A DNA stretch of 22,993 nucleotides from IMG/VR virus record IMGVR_UViG_3300000292_000175, one strand, 5' to 3'. Of the stretch, positions 9,126 through 16,726 are shown in pieces. Numbering within the stretch: position 1 is the stretch's first letter; every line of letters begins with the position of its first letter. The position numbers were made by a program, and so were the translations under genes. Origin of the DNA: a virus. Its lineage: Duplodnaviria; Heunggongvirae; Uroviricota; Caudoviricetes. The notes under the pieces are model-generated. The model was not told where the DNA came from. It saw nothing but the letters and a program-made list of their open reading frames with translations, and searched no databases.

Positions 9126-9473
9126 CTAAGCATTATTGGCCTCCTGCATCAGGAGAAAGACAATCATGGCGGCGCGGAGAGGTCTGGTATCAAATATTGG
9201 GCTTACGCCTTTTGCATCCACACACCATTCAGTTAACTGGTCTAAGATAGAAATCCTGTATTTCTCAATAATCGGCCATGAAGCGCTCGGATCATTGCAG
9301 TAGTCAGGCAAATGATTTAATGGCTCAAAAGTTGTATCAGCATTTCCGTAATACCATTTGTTGGTGTTATTCCCTGATGTTTCCGGTTTACTTGCCCAAA
9401 GGCCTTTAAAAATTATGTCTCCTACCATTCTGTTAATTTCAAAATCACTTAACTGTGAATAATCCATTGTCAT
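9126..9473 (-). CDS. Hypothetical nin-region protein
   Basis: 115 aa from [31 protein letters not shown]...; ATG overlaps the ninE stop. Family not recognised with confidence. Confidence 0.5.
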   Translation of the reverse strand: MTMDYSQLSDFEINRMVGDIIFKGLWASKPETSGNNTNKWYYGNADTTFEPLNHLPDYCNDPSASWPIIEKYRISILDQLTEWCVDAKGVSPIFDTRPLRAAMIVFLLMQEANNA

Positions 9474-9646
9474 TTCCTCGCACGATATCTTAGCCACCGG
9501 ATATCCCACAGGTGGGCTGTGTAATTGAAGGTTTTTACGTCAGATTCTTTTGGGATTAGCTTGCGTTTATTTCTGGAGCGTTTCGTTGGAAGGTATTTGC
9601 AGTTTTCGCAGATTATGTCGGTGATGCTTCGTCGCTGTCGTCTCAT
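9470..9646 (-). CDS. ninE: NinE
   Basis: 58 aa [58 protein letters not shown], near-identical to lambda NinE as recalled. ATG overlaps the methyltransferase stop. Confidence 0.85.
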   Translation of the reverse strand: MRRQRRSITDIICENCKYLPTKRSRNKRKLIPKESDVKTFNYTAHLWDIRWLRYRARK

Positions 9647-10170
9647 GCAGCCCTCCTGACGCCCTGCCCGATCGCCATCAATGCCGCTTTGGATACGGTA
9701 GTAAACATCCGTCGAGGACTGATGAACGGTCGCCAAATCAGCAGCATGGAGCCTTTGCTGTTTCCCTTCTTCTCCAGCCCTGTCGATGGTTCGATAAAAT
9801 TAATCCGTCCATCAGTGATAATACGAACTTCGTCAACACTCTCCAGAGCCTTGCTGAACCATCCGACAGACATATCCTCTGGCACAAGCATCACTACCGT
9901 CTGTCGCTGTTGTATACACTGCTCAGCGGCTTTTTCCACCCACGGCCTGATATTGCTGTACGGTGGGTTATTCCAGATTGCACCGTGGCTTACCCACTCA
10001 GAATTGAGCGCGTCGTCGTCCTCAGTTAGCCAGTGAGCGCACAGAGCATTTTTGTCGCTCGCTGCCGAATCCAGCCAGAATCCAAACTCAATATCCAGTG
10101 CATCAAAAAGCCAAAGCGGCGTTTGCCAGCAGTCCTTGTCGTGTGCTGGCGTATTTGATTTGATAGTCAT
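9643..10170 (-). CDS. Phage orphan DNA N6-adenine methyltransferase
   Basis: 175 aa from [26 protein letters not shown]... with motif [13 protein letters not shown] overlaps the ninB stop. No adjacent restriction endonuclease ORF. Confidence 0.78.
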   Translation of the reverse strand: MTIKSNTPAHDKDCWQTPLWLFDALDIEFGFWLDSAASDKNALCAHWLTEDDDALNSEWVSHGAIWNNPPYSNIRPWVEKAAEQCIQQRQTVVMLVPEDMSVGWFSKALESVDEVRIITDGRINFIEPSTGLEKKGNSKGSMLLIWRPFISPRRMFTTVSKAALMAIGQGVRRAA

Positions 10171-10607
10171 GCAGCCCGATCTCCCCATCGCGCTTTCCAT
10201 TCGAGAGCCAGTCGCGCTTCGTCTGACCACTTAACGCCACGCTCTGTACCGAATGCCTGTATAAGCTCTAATAGCTCCGCAAATTCGCTTACACGCATCC
10301 TGCTGGTTGACTGGCCTATTACCACAAAGCCATTCCCGGCAAGGTTAGGAACAACATCCTGCTGCTTTAATGCTGCGGTAAACACACACTTCCAGCTTTC
10401 TGCATCCAGCCAGCGACCATGCCATTCAACCTGACGAGAGACGTCACCTAAGCAGGCCCATAGCTTCCTGTTTTGGTCTAAGCTGCGGTTGCGTTCCTGA
10501 ATGGTTACTACGATTGGTTTGGTTGGGTCTGGAAGGATTTGCTGTACTGCGTGAATAGCGTTTTGCTGATGTGCCGGAGATCGAATTTCAAAGGTTAGTT
10601 TTTTCAT
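10167..10607 (-). CDS. ninB: NinB (Orf) recombination mediator
   Basis: 146 aa MKKLTFEIRSPAHQQNAIHAVQQILPDPTKPIVVTIQERNRSLDQNRKLWA..., matching lambda NinB as recalled. Confidence 0.9.
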   Translation of the reverse strand: MKKLTFEIRSPAHQQNAIHAVQQILPDPTKPIVVTIQERNRSLDQNRKLWACLGDVSRQVEWHGRWLDAESWKCVFTAALKQQDVVPNLAGNGFVVIGQSTSRMRVSEFAELLELIQAFGTERGVKWSDEARLALEWKARWGDRAA

Positions 10608-10616
10608 GACTTCCCT

Positions 10617-10655
10617 CTCCCCCAAATAAAAAGGCCTGCGATTACCTGCAGGCCT
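10617..10655 (-). terminator. Intrinsic terminator between ren and ninB (tR2-like)
   Basis: aggcctgc-gattacct-gcaggcct hairpin; on the minus strand it is followed by ttttatttggggg. Confidence 0.55.
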
Positions 10656-10680
10656 GTTATTAGCTCAGTGATGTAGATGG

Positions 10681-10971
10681 TCATCTTTTAACTCCATATA
10701 CCGCCAATATCCGTTTCATCGTGGCACTCTGGCGACACTCCTTAAAAATCAGGTTCGTGCTCATCTTTCCTTCCCGTTCTTCCTTGGTAGCAAACCGGTA
10801 ATACACCGTTCGCCAGACCTTACCTTCGATAACCAGAAGACCTGCCCGTGCCATTTTAGCCGCGGCCTGATTTATGCTGGTTACTGTTGCGCCTGTTAGC
10901 GCGGCAACGTCCGGCGCACAGAAGCTATTATGCGTCCCCAGGTAATGAATAATTGCCTCTTTGCCCGTCAT
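10681..10971 (-). CDS. ren: Ren
   Basis: 96 aa MTGKEAIIHYLGTHNSFCAPDVAALTGATVTSINQAAAKMARAG..., near-identical to lambda Ren as recalled. Confidence 0.9.
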   Translation of the reverse strand: MTGKEAIIHYLGTHNSFCAPDVAALTGATVTSINQAAAKMARAGLLVIEGKVWRTVYYRFATKEEREGKMSTNLIFKECRQSATMKRILAVYGVKR

Positions 10972-11669
10972 ACACTTGCTCCTTTCAGTCCTAACTTAGC
11001 TTTAATTTCTGCGATCTTCGCCAGCGCCTGAACACGATTTAGAGGTCTGCCGCCCATGACAGGAAGTTGTTTTACTGGTTCAGGTATCGTCTCACCACGG
11101 TTAATTCGCGCTGTCATACAGGTCAGTTCATCGGCAGCCTTGCGTCGTAATTCCGCGTCAGTCAGCGCATTGGCCCGCATGTTCTGGTACAGGTTGGTAA
11201 CCAGCCAGTAGTGCGCGTTCGATTTCCACGGATAAGACTCTGCATCCGGATACAGGCCTCGCTTCCGGCAATACTCGTAAACCATATCAACCAGCTCGCT
11301 GACGTTTGGCAGTCCGGCGATAACGGATGCTTCTTCCCGGCACCATGCAACAAACTGCCCGGGTGATGGCAGAAATGGTCGATTCTGCCGACGGGCTACG
11401 CGCATTCCTGCGTTAACCTGTTCCATTGTGGTGATCCCGTTTTCCCGGAAAGCCAGAACCCACTGGCGGCGGATTTCGTTCAGTTCGTTCTGGTCACGGT
11501 TAGCCAGACTCGCCGGGAAAGTTGCCAGTAACTGGCTGAACACACCGTTGATGATCTGCGCTACCTGCTGTACCTGCGGCTTTTCGTCGTACTGTTCCGG
11601 CATGTTGTTGGCGATCCGACGCATCTGCTCACGGTCAAAATTAACCATCTGTGCGGCGATGTTTTTCAT
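10968..11669 (-). CDS. P: Replication protein P (DnaB helicase loader)
   Basis: 233 aa, near-identical to lambda P as recalled (MKNIAAQMVNFDREQMRRIANNMPEQYDEKPQVQQVAQIING...). Confidence 0.95.
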   Translation of the reverse strand: MKNIAAQMVNFDREQMRRIANNMPEQYDEKPQVQQVAQIINGVFSQLLATFPASLANRDQNELNEIRRQWVLAFRENGITTMEQVNAGMRVARRQNRPFLPSPGQFVAWCREEASVIAGLPNVSELVDMVYEYCRKRGLYPDAESYPWKSNAHYWLVTNLYQNMRANALTDAELRRKAADELTCMTARINRGETIPEPVKQLPVMGGRPLNRVQALAKIAEIKAKLGLKGASV

Positions 11670-12643
11670 AAATCCACCCCGTAAATCCAGTCAGTGTTTG
11701 TCAGGTCGAGTTTTGGTTTGCAGGCTGTCACACCTGCCTGTTGCTTGTTACGGTTGATTTCGAGCTGGGTCCACTTGTCGCGGAGTTTGGCCGGGCTCAG
11801 CACGTTACCGGACCAGAAGTTGTCCTGGCATGCCCAGCGGAACAGTACACACATGTCGCGATGGTTACGTCCGTCACGTTCACGCATCAGGCGGATATCG
11901 TTAGCCCACCCTGCAAAATTCGGTTTTCTGGCTGATGGCGCGATGGTCTTCACCATGTCAAACATCCATTCTGCGGCGGTCAGGTCTTCTGCTGTCCCCC
12001 ACTTGCTGCCGCTCTGAATTGCAGCATCCGGTTTCACCACAGAAAGGTCGTTTTCTGGCTGGTCAGAGGATTCGCCAGAATTCTCTGACGAATAATCTTT
12101 TCTTTTTTCTTTTGTAATAGTGTCTTTTGTGTCCCCCTGTTTTGAGGGATAGCAATCCCCCAATTTGAGGGATGTTTTATCCCTCGTTTTAGGGGATTTT
12201 CCCTCGTTTTGAGGGATACACCATTCTGAGATGTTTTTATTTGGTCCAAACATGCCGCCTTGCTGCTTGATAATATTCATTCTGACGAGTTCTAACTTGG
12301 CTTCATTGCACCGTTTGACGGGTAACTTTGTAATCTCGCTAAGTTGAGAATCGGTGATTCTGTCCATTGGTTTATTCCATCCATAGGTTTTACGCAGAAT
12401 GGCAAGCAGCACTTTAAACTGTCGCTTGGTCAGATCTGCGCCTGAATAAGCCTCAAGCAGNNNNNNNNNNNNNNNNNNNNNNNNNNNNNNNNNNNNNNNN
12501 NNNNNNNNNNNNNNNNNNNNNNNNNNNNNNNNNNNNNNNNNNNNNNNNNNNNTGGCGTAACCATCATCGAGATCTGCCACATTACGCTCCTGTTTGGCAA
12601 AGTTACCTCTGCAGAAGTTGAGTATTTTTGCTGTATTTGTCAT
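11666..12643 (-). CDS. O: Replication initiator O (contains ori-lambda); interrupted by N-run 12461-12552
   Basis: MTNTAKILNF...LLEAYSGADLTKRQFKVLLAILRKTYGWNKPMDRITDSQLSEITKLPVKRCNEAK... matches lambda O as recalled. True length unknown because of the N-run. Confidence 0.9.
   Translation of the reverse strand: MTNTAKILNFCRGNFAKQERNVADLDDGYAXXXXXXXXXXXXXXXXXXXXXXXXXXXXXXXLLEAYSGADLTKRQFKVLLAILRKTYGWNKPMDRITDSQLSEITKLPVKRCNEAKLELVRMNIIKQQGGMFGPNKNISEWCIPQNEGKSPKTRDKTSLKLGDCYPSKQGDTKDTITKEKRKDYSSENSGESSDQPENDLSVVKPDAAIQSGSKWGTAEDLTAAEWMFDMVKTIAPSARKPNFAGWANDIRLMRERDGRNHRDMCVLFRWACQDNFWSGNVLSPAKLRDKWTQLEINRNKQQAGVTACKPKLDLTNTDWIYGVDL
12085..12217 (-). repeat. ori: ori-lambda: four about 19-bp iterons (12132-12217) plus adjacent AT-rich region (about 12085-12130) inside O
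   Basis: Four tandem inverted-repeat units tccccctgttttgagggat / atcccccaatttgagggat / atccctcgttttaggggat / tccctcgttttgagggat, followed in the O sense by ttctttttcttttgtaatag. Confidence 0.85.
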
Positions 12644-12652
12644 AATGACTCC

Positions 12653-12730
12653 TGTGGATTGATCCAGTAATGACCTCAGAATTCCATCTGGATTTGTTCA
12701 GAACGCTCGGTTGCCGCCGGGCGTTTTTTA
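12653..12730 (+). ncRNA. oop: oop antisense RNA (about 77 nt), with pO promoter at 12618-12646 and terminator hairpin at 12703-12730
   Basis: TTGAGT, 17 bp, CATAAT at 12618-12646; terminator gaacgctcggttgccgccgggcgtttttta matches the lambda oop terminator as recalled. Antisense to the cII 3' end. Confidence 0.65.
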
Positions 12731-12972
12731 TTGGTGAGTCCATCAAGCGCATACTTAAAAGCCCTGCTAATCGGACTGATGTCTGATGCCATTCCGAAAG
12801 CACACAAGACCGAAGCAATAAATCTCCAGTCCGTTCTGCTTATCTTCGATTCATGACAGCCAATCATCTTTGCCAGACCGCGCTGGGTAATAGCTGACAG
12901 ATTGATAAGTAAATCTGTTTCTGCGCGATCAACGTCACGCTGTGATAGTTTGCTGTAACTTGTTCTTTCCAT
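12676..12972 (-). CDS. cII: CII transcriptional activator (hybrid: non-lambda N-terminal part, lambda-identical C-terminus)
   Basis: 98 aa; C-terminal LTNKKRPAATERSEQIQMEF is identical to lambda CII as recalled, N-terminal two-thirds differ. Lies between cro and O. Confidence 0.8.
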   Translation of the reverse strand: MERTSYSKLSQRDVDRAETDLLINLSAITQRGLAKMIGCHESKISRTDWRFIASVLCAFGMASDISPISRAFKYALDGLTNKKRPAATERSEQIQMEF

Positions 12973-13057
12973 TTCTTAAGATTTCCAATAGTGAATAGTT
13001 AGTTGAAAGGTATGCATGGAAACGCATATGGCCTTAGTTGGTCAGATATCTTGGAAC

Positions 13058-13103
13058 TCGCTTTTCAGCGACGTAGGACGAATGTCCGTTGTTACAAAGA
13101 GCG
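13058..13103 (-). promoter_or_regulatory. nutR: nutR: boxA (13089-13103) and boxB hairpin (13058-13071)
   Basis: Minus strand reads CGCTCTTTGTAACAA (boxA-like), then TCGCT-GAAA-AGCGA (boxB stem-loop), just downstream of cro. Confidence 0.55.
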
Positions 13104-13113
13104 GATCCGCTTA

Positions 13114-13329
13114 TTAAGCGGCTTTGTGTTCCGGCGGGAACACGTCATCAAGACTGACTTTTGCGCCTAACTTGTTTAGGCACGCAACAAGAGCACGGCA
13201 TGTTTTAAGGTCTGGGAAGCGACGACCAGATTCCCAATGTCCGATAGCTCCCTGTGTGCATCCAACTGCCTTAGCAAGTGTTGTTTGAGAGATATTCAGT
13301 GACTCTCGATATTTTCGTAGGTTGCTCAT
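13114..13329 (-). CDS. cro: Cro-like repressor (XRE-family HTH)
   Basis: 71 aa MSNLRKYRESLNISQTTLAKAVGCTQGAIGHWESGRRFPD...; GGAGGG RBS upstream of ATG at 13329; divergent from cI. Not lambda Cro. Confidence 0.8.
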   Translation of the reverse strand: MSNLRKYRESLNISQTTLAKAVGCTQGAIGHWESGRRFPDLKTCRALVACLNKLGAKVSLDDVFPPEHKAA

Positions 13330-13440
13330 ATGCCCTCCATAGTAAACACGAATAAAAAAATACAATATGTACTTTGCGAATACAAGTAAAAATACACATT
13401 GTGCATGGATGGTTCCAGTACAGAGCGTAATAATAAGGAC
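13330..13440. promoter_or_regulatory. OR operator region with divergent PR (candidate -35 at 13380-13385, -10 at 13357-13362, minus strand) and PRM
   Basis: Intergenic region between divergent cro and cI. Minus strand has TTGTAT, 17 bp, TATTTT. Several TACA/TGTA dyads (tacaatatgta, cacattgtg) are candidate operator half-sites. Confidence 0.55.
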
Positions 13441-14100
13441 ATGAAAATGAAATGGTATGAACTGGCTAGATCCAGAATGAAAGAGCTCGGCATAACTCAA
13501 GAGAAGTTAGCCGAAGAGCTAGGTATGACGCAGGGTGGGATTGGACACTGGTTGCGCGGATCTCGTCATCCATCTCTTAGTGATATTGGTGTGGTGTTTA
13601 AATACCTTGGTATTGATAACATATCATTCAACCACGACGGGACATTTTCACCTGTTGGCGAATACTCATCGGCCCCAGTTAAAAAACAATATGAGTACCC
13701 TGTTTTTTCTCATGTTCAGGCTGGGATGTTCTCTCCAGAACTCAGAACCTTTACCAAAGGCGATGCGGAGAGATTGGTAAGCACAACCAAAAAAGCCAGT
13801 GACTCTGCATTCTGGCTTGAGGTTGAAGGTAACTCAATGACCGCACCAACAGGTTCCAAACCCAGCTTTCCTGACGGGATGTTAATTCTGGTTGACCCTG
13901 AGCAAGCTGTTGAGCCCGGCGATTTCTGCATAGCCAGACTTGGTGGTGATGAATTTACCTTCAAGAAACTGATCAGGGATAGCGGTCAGGTGTTTCTACA
14001 GCCACTAAACCCACAATACCCAATGATCCCATGCAATGAGAGTTGTTCCGTTGTGGGGAAAGTTATCGCCAGCCAATGGCCTGAAGAGACGTTTGGGTGA
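13441..14100 (+). CDS. cI: CI repressor (N-terminal HTH, C-terminal S24 LexA-like autopeptidase domain)
   Basis: [26 protein letters not shown]; C-terminal GNSM (Ser) and FTFKKL (Lys) dyad. Start chosen at ATG 13441 (AAGGA RBS); ATG 13447 is also possible. Not the lambda immunity type. Confidence 0.85.
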   Translation: MKMKWYELARSRMKELGITQEKLAEELGMTQGGIGHWLRGSRHPSLSDIGVVFKYLGIDNISFNHDGTFSPVGEYSSAPVKKQYEYPVFSHVQAGMFSPELRTFTKGDAERLVSTTKKASDSAFWLEVEGNSMTAPTGSKPSFPDGMLILVDPEQAVEPGDFCIARLGGDEFTFKKLIRDSGQVFLQPLNPQYPMIPCNESCSVVGKVIASQWPEETFG

Positions 14101-14139
14101 TGAAACCACTTTTATCTACAATTTACAGGGCGGTAAACA

Positions 14140-14697
14140 TTGGCAAAAATAGATGATTATCAGCCAAGCCAAGTAGAAGTTGATAAAGTACTTTATTGTA
14201 AAAAAATAGTTAACTTTTCTGGCGTTAAATGGAAACAGAAACCAAGTCGCTCTGATATGTGGCTACAAGCCCATATCATCCCCTTGGATGAGGATTGTAT
14301 ACCTATACAAGGGCTAAAGTTTGAACTGAAATGGAAACCAGATCAGGATTCAGAACCTGATGACCCGATTTCTTACCCTAAAATAAATATTATTGCTTTC
14401 TATCATAACAAGAGGGTTTTCGCGGTAGATACCTATCACTTTGACAAACACACGAATAGTTACAAGGTCGATCATCCGAAGTACCAAGATATCATTTACG
14501 GTGCTCACTACCATGTATACTATGAAGAAGCTGGATACTATAGTGATAGAATAGCGTTTCCAATCGAAGATGACATAAACCCAGATGACCTGGTAGGGTA
14601 TTGGAATTACTTCTGTAAACATCTGAACATAACTTACTCTGGGAGAATACCTTTACCGCTTGAAGATGAGTCGGGGCAAATGGGGTTTGGAATATGA
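14140..14697 (+). CDS. Hypothetical protein, gene 1 of a two-gene cassette in the rexA position
   Basis: 185-aa ORF, apparent TTG start at 14140 (no in-frame ATG nearby), AGGGCGG 7 nt upstream. AT-rich by eye. Acidic and Tyr/His/Trp-rich; no motif recognised. Confidence 0.55.
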   Translation: MAKIDDYQPSQVEVDKVLYCKKIVNFSGVKWKQKPSRSDMWLQAHIIPLDEDCIPIQGLKFELKWKPDQDSEPDDPISYPKINIIAFYHNKRVFAVDTYHFDKHTNSYKVDHPKYQDIIYGAHYHVYYEEAGYYSDRIAFPIEDDINPDDLVGYWNYFCKHLNITYSGRIPLPLEDESGQMGFGI

Positions 14698-15446
14698 TGT
14701 GCTCAACAGTGATCTCACAACTAGGTTTCGAATGCCATCCAATAGGCAAGACCTTGAGAATTATCAGTCCATTCACTTACTGTGATGATGGAGAGCATGT
14801 CGGTGCCTTTATCCGTGAAGTCAATGGTAGGTATTTAGTTAGTGACAGATGCGATGCCTTAATGAATATGGAGGCAAGAGGGATCTCGCTTACCAAAAAA
14901 CGACTTGATGAGATACGACAATTACTGCTTAAAGAAGGCGCAGAACTCAATGCTCGAGGAGAAATCATTGCTTGGGCAACAGAAAAGGATGTCGGTGCGA
15001 TTACATCGAACATAATTAGAGCTGGTATACTCGCATCAACTTTGTCGTTAGACTGGTATCAGCCAGTTCAAGCTGAAAAGTTTGAAAGTATGGTTATTGA
15101 TTATCTATATCACACAGAGCTTAGAGACGCACTTTCTCTTCGTGAAAACGTATATGGCTTGAGTGGACATCAAATTACCGTCCCTGTAACAATAAAAACC
15201 GACATACCTAAATACGTTTTTACATCAAGCGTGAAACACGGAGGAAGCTGGAATAGTGCTTACTCATTGCTTGGGAAACTAATTGATCTTAAAGCTTCAA
15301 GTGAGGAGTATAACAACAGATTTGTTGTTATAGACAGCGAAGCAATTGGTGATCAAATGCAACAACTCTCCTTACTCTTCCATGAATCAAGCCAAGTTCT
15401 ACCATTCTCCAAAAGAGAGACTTGGGTTAAGAGACTTGCAGCATAA
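14694..15446 (+). CDS. Hypothetical protein, gene 2 of a two-gene cassette in the rexB position
   Basis: 250-aa ORF; ATG overlaps the gene-1 stop (ATGA); GGGG RBS. AT-rich by eye; no Walker or nuclease motif recognised. Confidence 0.6.
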   Translation: MMCSTVISQLGFECHPIGKTLRIISPFTYCDDGEHVGAFIREVNGRYLVSDRCDALMNMEARGISLTKKRLDEIRQLLLKEGAELNARGEIIAWATEKDVGAITSNIIRAGILASTLSLDWYQPVQAEKFESMVIDYLYHTELRDALSLRENVYGLSGHQITVPVTIKTDIPKYVFTSSVKHGGSWNSAYSLLGKLIDLKASSEEYNNRFVVIDSEAIGDQMQQLSLLFHESSQVLPFSKRETWVKRLAA

Positions 15447-15450
15447 TACA

Positions 15451-15478
15451 ACCCGGCCTCAGCGCCGGGTTTTCTTTG
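15451..15478 (+). terminator. Intrinsic terminator after the cI cassette (tIMM-like)
   Basis: acccggc-ctcagc-gccgggt followed by tttctttg immediately after the gene-2 stop. Confidence 0.7.
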
Positions 15479-15664
15479 CCTCACGTTCGCCCACCTAAAA
15501 ACACATAACCAATTATATTTATTGAAAAATAAATAGATGCAACCCACTAAACCACGCAATTCTGATCTCTCCTTACATCGCCGAGGCAATACATCCACGC
15601 TAAAAAACAACACTATTAAATACAAAGCGTTATAAAAAACCACGCCAACTTACAACAAATTGTA

Positions 15665-15693
15665 TTGATCTTGTAAAGTACATATCGTACTAT
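15665..15693 (+). promoter_or_regulatory. Candidate PL promoter (TTGATC, 17 bp, TACTAT) with overlapping dyad TACAACAAATTGTA (OL candidate)
   Basis: -35 at 15665-15670, -10 at 15688-15693, about 45 nt upstream of nutL; dyad TACAA-N4-TTGTA at 15651-15664. Confidence 0.5.
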
Positions 15694-15739
15694 TTAACCG
15701 TCAGCAGGACGCTGGAAGCCAAATGGAACAGACTGGCAG

Positions 15740-15784
15740 GCTCTTTAAACAACGTCGACTCTCGACTACGTGGCTGAAAAGCCA
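15740..15784 (+). promoter_or_regulatory. nutL: nutL: boxA (15740-15752) and boxB hairpin (15771-15784)
   Basis: GCTCTTTAAACAA resembles boxA; TGGCT-GAAA-AGCCA stem-loop shares the GCTGAAAAGC core with the nutR boxB; sits between PL and N. Confidence 0.6.
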
Positions 15785-15882
15785 GATCACCCAACCACAT
15801 AAGCTGTGGGATGCAATGCCGAAGCAACCGTCTCAGGAGGAGCTTCGAGATTGCATCGCCAAAGTTTATTCGGGAGGAATCC

Positions 15883-16155
15883 ATGTCCAGAAAAACAGAA
15901 TTTAAAGGCACCGCAGCTTCTCGCCGTAGAGCTCGTCGCGCAAATCTGCAAAGTCAGGAGGCGATCAGCTCCGACAAGCTACACAGGCCAACCCCTTCAC
16001 GAGTGGTCTTGCAATGCAAGCTCAAACCAGCAATGAGAGCAGAAGTGATAACTCTGACAACGTTGACCAGAAAATATGAAGGTTCAACTTGTCTTCCGAA
16101 CGTAGCTCTTTACGCGGCAGGCTACCGGAAATCAAAACAACTGACGGCGAGATGA
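15883..16155 (+). CDS. N: N-like antiterminator (arginine-rich motif)
   Basis: 90 aa MSRKTEFKGTAASRRRARRANLQSQE...; GGGAGG RBS before ATG 15883; first gene after nutL. Not lambda N. Confidence 0.7.
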   Translation: MSRKTEFKGTAASRRRARRANLQSQEAISSDKLHRPTPSRVVLQCKLKPAMRAEVITLTTLTRKYEGSTCLPNVALYAAGYRKSKQLTAR

Positions 16156-16171
16156 TAAATTCATTTGCTAA

Positions 16172-16726
16172 TTACTTGTTTTTGCCATGCTTATCCTGAG
16201 CGATAAGTTCATCCATAAGGCTGTCTGCCTTCCCGGCAAACCTAATGTAGCACTCATGTCTATAGCTTTCAGGGATAACGAAACGGTCGGTATCAGGATA
16301 TCCAACAGCAGGAGGCCTTCGAACGAGGAGTCCTTTTTTGAGCAATGAAATTGATTCATGAGCGCCCTTTTCCGTTTGTAGCTGGTTATTAGCGGCTACA
16401 GCGAATGCCAAATACGCTCTTTCTCCAAGAGTTAACGAATCAAACAAATCTTGCACATATTTTTCTTCTTTAGATTTGCGCTTCTGAGCAGCGAATACCT
16501 CAATTCTTTCAGTCACAGCGTGATAAGCGGAATTAACAACGCCGTTAAGCACATAGCTAACGCAAAACAACAGGATGTAATACATCCAGTAATGAGGAAG
16601 GATTTCTGGATTATGCAGGTTTATCCATTCTTTTACGCTTACCGGCATAACAATAATCAATATGATCAGGATGATTAGCATATGAATCAACTGTTTAAGT
16701 GTCATTCCTTGCAGGAAAAAATGCAT
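16172..16726 (-). CDS. sieB: Superinfection exclusion protein B (SieB)-like membrane protein
   Basis: Convergent with N, between N and ral as lambda sieB. N-terminal TM segments LIHMLIILIILIIVMPV and YWMYYILLFCVSYVL. Start uncertain (Mets at 16753, 16726, 16705). Confidence 0.55.
   Translation of the reverse strand: MHFFLQGMTLKQLIHMLIILIILIIVMPVSVKEWINLHNPEILPHYWMYYILLFCVSYVLNGVVNSAYHAVTERIEVFAAQKRKSKEEKYVQDLFDSLTLGERAYLAFAVAANNQLQTEKGAHESISLLKKGLLVRRPPAVGYPDTDRFVIPESYRHECYIRFAGKADSLMDELIAQDKHGKNK

Noticed and set aside
8939-9133. 64-aa minus-strand ORF upstream of rusA
   Set aside because: Its frame differs from the YbcO-like frame that overlaps the rusA start; it most likely reads across a degraded ybcO remnant.
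11428-12017. Plus-strand ORFs (109 aa and 107 aa) across the P/O region
   Set aside because: Antisense to P and O, whose identities are strongly supported; no independent support.
12132-12217. Possible CRISPR-like or mobile-element repeat array
   Set aside because: Only four units, each an inverted repeat, directly abutting with no spacers, inside O; this is the ori-lambda iteron set.
16451-16678. 75-aa plus ORF
   Set aside because: Antisense within the sieB-like gene, AT-rich and low complexity; likely spurious.
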